Source of the DNA: Styela clava | Taxonomy: Eukaryota | DNA length: 64,000 nucleotides | Direction of reading: 5' to 3' | NCBI RefSeq assembly: GCF_964204865.1 | Contig: NC_135252.1 | Location: 25,482,001-25,546,000, forward strand | Shown: one piece after another, positions 56,349 to 64,000 of the stretch | Layout of the letters: each line of letters begins with the position of its first letter | Position numbering within the stretch: the stretch's first letter is position 1 | The notes under the pieces: model-generated | What the model was told of the DNA's origin: nothing | The model's input: only the letters and a program-made list of their open reading frames with translations | Databases searched by the model: none | Program-made: the position numbers and the translations under genes

Positions 56349-57820
56349 TATGAGGTCTAAGGCTAAGAAATGCGAAGCCGGAGAGAAGTGAGGAGCTCAA
56401 AAGGAATGTGGAAAATCGAAAGCAAATGGACTAAAGGTCACTGACTGATTCAAATAGCGAAACAAGCGACAAAAACGAAGGCGAGGAAACTATCAACTCT
56501 TCAAGCAACCAACGAACGAGAAGGAATGCGTGAATATGTCAACACGTTGTTGTAAGAAACGTCGGTATTGTGTCGTCATAATTTCGGGGCTAGCCCCGAT
56601 CGGCCCCGATGATTTAGTAAAAGAAACAGAAAACAAACGAGACAAACGCGGCGAGTGGAAGATAAAAGAGAGAATACGATATACAATGAGCAACCGGGGC
56701 AAAATTGGCTTCGCCCCGTCGACGTTCGGCGAAGGCTTTGCGAGCGAAAAATGAGCCATGTCGGGAGAATATGGCTAGTGTAGACAGTCTGTGCAACCGA
56801 TATTGAAGTATTTTTCGAATATTTTTTATTATACCGAAAAAACAACCGGGGCATTGCCCCGGTTGGCGCTATTGACGCGCCACCACTGCATTCCACATTC
56901 GCTACACGTAAATATAATTTTACACAATTATAAAAATAACAACAGATTCAAAATAAACTACGCGAATGGAGAGAGCCACAACGATTTATGCAATATTAGA
57001 TGATGCACTCCCCATTTCTTTGCTTAGGATACTGTCTACGAGCCATCGTTTTAGTTTCGCTCACGTCTTACTGCATTGCTGTCGAACTCAAAGATAACGC
57101 AATAGACAGTGTCAATTGTTGCAGATTACACTACGTCTGTTAATTCATGCGAATTGCGAAGCAAGCAAAACTCCGAATAATCTCACAAATTAGTTTTAAA
57201 GTTAGATATAAGGGCCATCATTACCAGAAACTCGCCCCCCGGGCAGCAGAAAGTTTGACACGCCCCTGGCCCACCTCACCCATGGTGTAATAAATTGGTT
57301 CGACAATGCCGAACTAGGAAGATTGATCAAATAATTGTAACTCAATAAATATCGTTAGCTGTACAGTGCCTTGTTAGGAGCGAAAGACCCGGACAAGCTT
57401 AGTATAATATATATTAGGTCGAACGCTTTAACAGTGACAAAGACAATTCTAACAATGAGCTGTGTAGTAAATTGACTTTTTTGTTAACTGCTAACATGAG
57501 TTAAGAGCATGGATTCTAAAAGTTGGAATAAAGTTTTTTCTATATTTTTGAATATTCGTGGTATGTCAGAGATATCGCCACGTCATTCGGTACCCCGTTT
57601 TCAAATTTGATTGGCTGACGTCCAGGTGTGAGCAATTATTTTTCCGGATGGGCCAGTTACAAATAATGGACCTAGTTACTGGGCCAAAAGCTGAAAACTA
57701 GATAAGAAAAACTATGAATAAAAACATTTTATATACAACAGCTAGGCTAACGTTTATAATTTTATATAATGAGCACAATGCAACAATCGGGGATTATTAT
57801 GACGTAATTTTCATCGATAT

Positions 57821-58166
57821 AGGATAGGATAGGATAGGATTTACATATTTATCCCGGGGGAGAGGAAAGCCGATAAGACGGCTTATCCATATGGCGAACC
57901 ACGGCCTCTCGTCCGGTTACCATTCCAAGTCGGGTATGGGATTAGTTATATTGTTTGTTTTCGGAAGCATGGACTTGGTGGTGGTGGAAGCCGTAACCGA
58001 CCAGCGGTTACGTGAACCACCCAACGACGGCGAGGAGTTCAGCAATCCTCTCGCACATAACCATCCCTGCATGGGATTCGAACCTGCGAACCCATGCAGA
58101 GTAATTAGAGGTGCGGTGGCGAGCGTATTCCTAACGCTTAGCCCGTTGAGCCACACCGCCGCGCCC
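57821..58166 (-). mobile_element. tRNA-derived SINE, apparently full length
   Basis: On the minus strand: A box TGGCTCAACGG, B box GGTTCGAATCC, 3' tail (ATCCT)4; related copies at 7141-7408 and 11909-12027. Confidence 0.85.
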
Positions 58167-59607
58167 ATTCTCAATGTAAATTTATATTCAAAAAATTATA
58201 GATGTAATTTTAACAGAAACACAATGGGGCCGGATAAAACACTTCGGCGGCCCGCGGGCCGTAATTTGCCCACCCATGTATCAAACACACGCGAACAATA
58301 TTTTTGTGGGAAATCTACCTTGTGATGATTTTAGGGCGAATTTAACCCGAACCCGATATCACTTTATAGCAGCGGTTCTCCACTTTACTTAGATTACCAG
58401 GTTTACCTCCAATGCATCCAGTATTTCTCATTTATTGAAAAGGACAAATGACTTCATAGTATTTATTTAATATGACGGCTCCCTCTATTAAATGGCAACT
58501 AGCTGTTGATGAAGCGCAGTGATCAGGGAAAGACCGCGTTTCATAACACGACTATAATCACGGATATTTCCCGAGTGTGTGATCATTGACTGATTCAACA
58601 GTGAGTAAACGACATAAAAACTCTTTTAACTTTATTTCGATCAAAAAATTCAAACGATATCTGCACGATTTACGTCAACAAACCATTACTTTCCAGGAAA
58701 CGAAAGTTGAAATTTTTTGTCGTTTTGAACTAGAATAACCCTGGCATCAGGTTTTTCCCATTCTAACCATTGCCAACGAAATACCAATGCGAAAAATAAT
58801 CAGTAACCTATCTCGCCTTTGTCCGCTGTTATCGGAATTTAAAGCAAGAGTTTCCAGCTGTTATACCCTAATTTACCTCTTTGCGAATTTAAAATAAAAT
58901 TCAACCCCCCATGGCCAAATCCGACGTGTCTTATGTCCATAAATCGCGGCATGTCAATGCATTTCTTCGTGTTATATGTCAGTTTTTGGAAAATATAGTA
59001 AGGGCTTCGAGTAAAATTATAATCAGAATATCTCATTGATACATTCAGCGTTAAATTTGCGTTGCGCAGTTTGAACAGAAAGTAAATGATTGACGTGAAC
59101 TGCCGCGACTTTTTAAACGATAATGAGCTCGTATAACCACGAATATGCATTGAAAATGCGTTACTTTAAAATCATAGTGTTACTCATGAACGATACAGCG
59201 GAAATTAGTTGAGCGATAGCGGGAATTGCACAGGAAGTTTGATAATTATGTCAAGTTCTCAGCACCATATGCTATACTATACCTACACAGGCATATTTGA
59301 TAAATGTTATCTAGTGCCAGGCCTGGACCAAAGCTCCATACATTCATTTTGAATCCAGTCTAATTGATTTATCTTAGATCAACTGTGGCACAAGTATAAA
59401 TTCAGCTCACTAACACACGGCCATGGAACGTTATGATCAACTGAAGCGACTCGTATCGCTTGCCCAACTATGAAATGAACACACACAACGCCGAACAAGA
59501 ACAAGGGCGGAATGGGTCTTTTTCTATACATAAGTCGCACTGGGTGAGAGACTTAGCCCGCTCTGATACTGATTTTGAGAGTAGCGTTACCTAATTCATA
59601 CATTTGT

Positions 59608-59719
59608 GGCCTCTCCCGTAGTATGTGCACCAAGATGGCGCACAACCTGACATACTAACTTGGTACACATACTATGTTCAGGTTGTGCGCTATCTTGGTG
59701 CACATACTACGGGAGCACC
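59608..59719. mobile_element. Palindromic MITE (short form of the GG..CC family)
   Basis: 38-bp inverted arms CTCCCGTAGTATGTGCACCAAGATGGCGCACAACCTGA with 1 mismatch; flanked by CATTTGT(G) direct repeats. Confidence 0.85.
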
Positions 59720-60014
59720 CATTTGTGTAACTGGCTTATAACCGCACGATTAATTTTTAAGATGTAAAAGGATTTAAAGTGCGCTTTAAGGCATACTGAT
59801 TTTCTCGAAGAATCAGTCAATAATGATGTCATTTTTCCTTTTTATTATCTTTTAACTTTGAATTTTAACAAAATCATGCTTCAAGTTACTTTACGAGTCT
59901 TGCGCGAAGCGAATCCCAGGTTGTTCAAATCTCTATTTCATAATAACTGGAATTTGGCGACGCGTCGCTGATATTTGTCTATTCTAGCCTTCTGACGCGG
60001 GTTAACCGAGTATG

Positions 60015-60351
60015 CGACTTCCGAAATCCCATATTCGACGTCCGAAATCCTATATTCAATGTCCAAAATCCTATATTCGACCTCCAAAATCCTACATTCG
60101 ACGACCAAAATTCTATATTCGACGTCCAAAATCATATATTCGACGTCCAAAATCCTATATTCGACGTCAAAAATGCTATATTCGACGTCCACAATACTAT
60201 ATTCAACGTCTAAATTCCTAAATTCGACGTCCAGAATCTTATATTCGACGTCTGCAATCCAATATTCGACGTCCGAAATCTCATATCGACTTCCGAAATC
60301 TCATATCGACTTCCGAAATACTATATTCGACGTACGAAATCCTGTATATCG
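60015..60351. repeat. 21-bp minisatellite, about 16 copies
   Basis: Unit CGACGTCCAAAATCCTATATT; two 20-bp variants near the end. Confidence 0.95.
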
Positions 60352-60944
60352 ATCGGTGGGCCTCCGAAGTGTTATTGCTAGTTGAAAATAGTGCCGTGAA
60401 ATCAGAGTATTTTGTACCAAGCCCTCGCCCCCAAGAAAAACAAAATTAAGTCAAAAAAAATGCTCAAAAAAAAGTAGGAATTATCCAGTTTCGGAGGGGG
60501 CTAGGAATGCAGAGTCTTTGGTTATATATATATTTATATCTACATTTCTAGGTGAATCTGTTTCGCCAAGAACCCCGCAATATTGAAAGCCGGCAAGACA
60601 TGTTGGCCTGTATTTTCATAGAGTAGAATTCATGGCGGCGGTCAATATGCCATATTGCGCAAAATATACCGGAATTTCACCAAATATGACTCCCACAGGC
60701 ATGGAAGTGACGTCGTCCTCATCGTTTTATAAAGATAGAGAGAGAAGCCCAAACACTCTATTTGTGACGCAACACGTCTCTTGAAACTTAAAAGAGAGAC
60801 AACAATTTCCTTTCCGCTGTAAAGTAGTGAGTGAGCTTGCATAGGATATATTCCGACGCGAATAGACTGAAGCTTCATTCTAAGCTTTGCTGTTCGGAAA
60901 TCTACTTTCATCGAAGCAAAGTTGACAAAAATCTTGGATTCAAA

Positions 60945-61014
60945 ATGAAGATTCCGATTCGACACAGTTTCATCGGACTCATACTGTTGATGGAGGCTTG
61001 TTTATTGATAAAAG
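60945..61014 (+). CDS. Putative first coding exon (signal peptide MKIPIRHSFIGLILLMEACLLIK) of a gene continuing to the right
   Basis: AAAATG start context, hydrophobic core, phase-1 donor AAG|GTCAGT, promoter-like motifs about 240 bp upstream; no downstream exon identified. Confidence 0.4.
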
Positions 61015-61089
61015 GTCAGTATAACCATGCATGCTTTGTTGGGTTTGCTTGCTTGTCTGGGATTTTTTTTTGAGGTAGCGCACTATATC

Positions 61090-61370
61090 TGACATGGGCG
61101 AACTGCGGGCCGCGGGCCAATCCGACCGTTGGGTTATTCAATCTGGTCCGCCTAATTCTGCCACGACCCAACTAAAACCAAATTTCAATGCTTTAGCTAA
61201 AAATTGCTCGAGAAATTTATTGAGATTTCAATTAAATTTAGTTTTGACGCAAGGCCTATTGTTTTTCACTTTTGATTTTGTAACACTGTAAATATTTTTC
61301 ATAAAATATAACTTTTTCGTCCCACTTACATGGCCCACCAGACCCTGGTCCCAAAACCTTGCCCACCTCT
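61090..61370 (+). mobile_element. hAT-like MITE, same family as 6505-6797
   Basis: Colinear similarity to 6505-6797. Confidence 0.7.
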
Positions 61371-63195
61371 ACGCGATAGAATAATTAATTTTCTTTGGAT
61401 ATTTGATACCCAGTTGCTAATTTTTACATTACGTAAAACTTTTGCCTCAGTAAATTAGGCAAGATAATTAAGCTGTTCTAAATAAAGCTGCACATCGAAT
61501 AATTGTGAATGAATAATATTCTGGAATAGTTTGTGTTAAAATTCACATAGTGTTAGTGTAGGCGGATTTTTCGGCGCTCCAGAAGTATGTGTACCAATAG
61601 GAACTTATTTTGTTCGCATATACTACATCGAGTTGTGTAAAGCATTGGTTCCCAACCTTTCTACCCTGGCGCACCGGTAAAATTAAATTTAATTCACTCG
61701 CGGACCGGCAAAAAAGTAAAATGATCGGAACAGAAAAGAATAACATATATTTGCGTAATATATTGCAATGTCAGGCACTCAATATGCTTCTAGACATAAA
61801 GGGTCAATTAAAAACATTTCACACGCAGAAAACCTATTAAATAATGTGCTGGCCAAAAATTGAAATATCTTAGAGTAATGAAATGCAGTGCTGGGCACCC
61901 ACTATGCGTAAGAAAGGGACGCACAAAACATCTCGCATAAAAAACACGTACATCCCAAATCATGCACAAACACAATTAACTCATAGTGAGGATTTCACTG
62001 CTGGACATACAGACAACAGTTTGATTGCTCAAATACTTAGCGATGGGTATTCGTTATCAAAAGGTATCCAAAATTGTGACAGTGACCCTTTTTGAAATCT
62101 GGACTATAAAGTAGAATCACAATTTTAATCAAGCTTTTTCTTTTCCATCGGTTCAATCATATTAATACCCCTGCAGTTGATCGACACCTCAAACAAAATA
62201 AATTTACATTAGAATGACAAAGTCGTCAGTAACTTGGCACTGAGCGCAATATCCCACTGCGTCTGCTCAAAATATTAGGAAAGATCACTACGGTCCAAGC
62301 TTTTTAGCGCAGCAGGGTCGCAACAAGTCCATATCTTGATGTAATATTATACTGTTCTTGAATGTTTTCTGGTTTAAACAAAGAAATATGCATAACGTTT
62401 TATATGGATAATAATTTTAAACAGGAAAAGCACGCAGCACAGAAAAATATTCACTCGGCTAACACACCCTAACCCTAACCTGGTACACATACTTCGCGAG
62501 TATTGTTTTTTAATCGGCTTATAATAATTGCTGATTTCACAAAAGCAATAAATAAAATAAATACTAAAAATCTCCCCCATCGATTTTCAAATATGAAAAT
62601 TAGTGATTTGTACAGAGGAATTATTTATTTAAAAATTATATAAAGACCACAAGGATCAGACCATTGATATTTAAAGGGCATGAACGCTTCATACTCTTCT
62701 GAGTATAGAATCCAGAAAGTCTAACAATACTTAGACGTTCCTAGTGTAACAGTGTATTGGTGACATTATTTTATAAATTCCAATATTTTTTGCCAAACCA
62801 CACCGAAAAAAGTGTGCAAAAATACGGTGAAAAAAACAAAACACTTTATTTGTTGAGTTCAACAAATTTTAACATCTTATAAATGTATTCGTAAATCGAC
62901 AAATTAGCTGATATAGGCGGCACACCGTAACTGTGAATAAACACAAATCATTTGGCAAAATTTAAATCCGTTTTCTCGCTTCAGGACTGGCATATTTGTA
63001 CAGGGGGGAATATTTACTTATTCCGGCGTAAAGGAAGCCTGTATGGCGGTGTAATAATAAGGCGAACCTCGGTCTCTCGATGAAAGTTAAACTGAAATTG
63101 GAATATGAAAAATATTGTTCATTTTAACTGAGAGCTTTTTTCTCCGAATACCTCGTTTATTTTGTCACGTATTGAATGCGTTGCTGTACCGTAAC

Positions 63196-63646
63196 CAGGG
63201 CTATGTTACCAGGTAAAGTAGGCCGAAGTCTTGCGGCCTCAAATCTTAGGGCACTAGGCATTAAATTTTGAACTATTATTCTGTTTTAAGTCGTTTTTGA
63301 ATTGTAAAAGATTGTTCTAGAATAAAACTGGTTTAGAATTTTATCAGACTGATAATAATCAAATAAATTCTCGTCCCAAATTTATTTACCGTTCTGAAAA
63401 TTAAAAACAGTAGAATGATGAATTTGTTTAAATTTAAAAAAACTCTGGTGTGATGACGTTTTATTACGGCCGGAGATTTTTACTCTACTATCCAATCTAC
63501 TTGGGCGGTTAGAAATCGTATTTTTCAGTAGCTAAAATGCCACGCAATTTATTCATGACGTCACAGTGTCTATATGACGTCATTGTTTAAGAGGAGCCTC
63601 ACGAAGAGCGCAGCCTAGGGCCCCTCATCGCCTGAATCCCGCCCTG
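63196..63646. mobile_element. hAT-like MITE
   Basis: CAGGGC...GCCCTG termini; partial TSD ACCGTAAC/ACCGTGGA. Confidence 0.55.
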
Positions 63647-64000
63647 ACCGTGGATCAAGGCTGCCCAACCCGCGGGCCGCATGCGGCCAGCCGAAGTGTT
63701 TTTTGCGGCCTGCCCTATAAATTTTGTAAGCAGACTTTTTAAATTTTTACATACATTTTACTATACATAAGTATCTTTCAGGATTTTGGTGTGATTATTC
63801 CTGTCATCTATCTACGTTCAAATGCCGGTTTTTATTATTACGTAGTTGTCAAGTCTTGCACCCTGGTGGGCATAAACGTCATTTTTTTATTTCTCGCAAA
63901 ACTGTGCACTTTGTTCGACGAACTATAAAGATATTGTGCGATTATTGGGAACAAACTCTGAGCACAAACATAGAAATGAACTTGGAGCCTAAGTTTGCAA

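Larger units (their letters stand above)
45543..56888 (-). mobile_element. hAT DNA transposon (ZMYM1-like transposase clade), interrupted by an LTR retrotransposon
   Basis: 14-bp TIRs CAGTGGCGGCGCGT / ACGCGCCACCACTG (1 mismatch); perfect 8-bp TSD CATTCCAC at 45535-45542 and 56889-56896; subterminal CAACCGGGGCA repeats at both ends. Confidence 0.95.

Noticed and set aside
58060-58166. tRNA gene
   Set aside because: A and B boxes are present but no cloverleaf; it continues into a repeated SINE body and tail.
60015-60351. CRISPR-like regular repeats
   Set aside because: Head-to-tail units with no unique spacers; eukaryotic context, no cas genes.
59938-60385. Three ORFs with 7-aa repeats
   Set aside because: By-products of the 21-bp minisatellite.

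Overview
AT-rich eukaryotic (metazoan, plausibly an invertebrate chordate such as an ascidian; taxon is inference) genomic DNA. Main content: (1) a complete 14-exon AGAP1/3-type (centaurin-gamma; GTPase-like, PH, ArfGAP, ankyrin) gene on the minus strand, CDS 41339 to 9834, 760 aa, assembled by hand with consistent GT-AG phases and a 21.2-kb intron 3; (2) upstream of it a nested transposon pair: an 11.3-kb hAT element (45543-56888, perfect 8-bp TSD, decayed ZMYM1-like transposase) interrupted by a young full-length BEL/Pao LTR retrotransposon (47458-55759, 639-bp LTRs about 99% identical, 5-bp TSD); (3) many non-autonomous repeats (hAT and Tc1-like MITEs, Helentron/DINE-like elements, a tRNA-derived SINE, palindromic GG..CC MITEs, minisatellites); (4) candidate signal-peptide exons at 7.5, 8.3 and 61.0 kb. 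Most interesting lead: the BEL/Pao element has no tRNA-type primer-binding site, and the PBS position is instead complementary to a TATA/Inr-positioned segment of its own LTR, suggesting Tf1-style self-priming. Other leads are a small secreted-peptide gene or pseudogene and a Penelope-type minimal hammerhead ribozyme. Most short ORFs in the supplied track are spurious.
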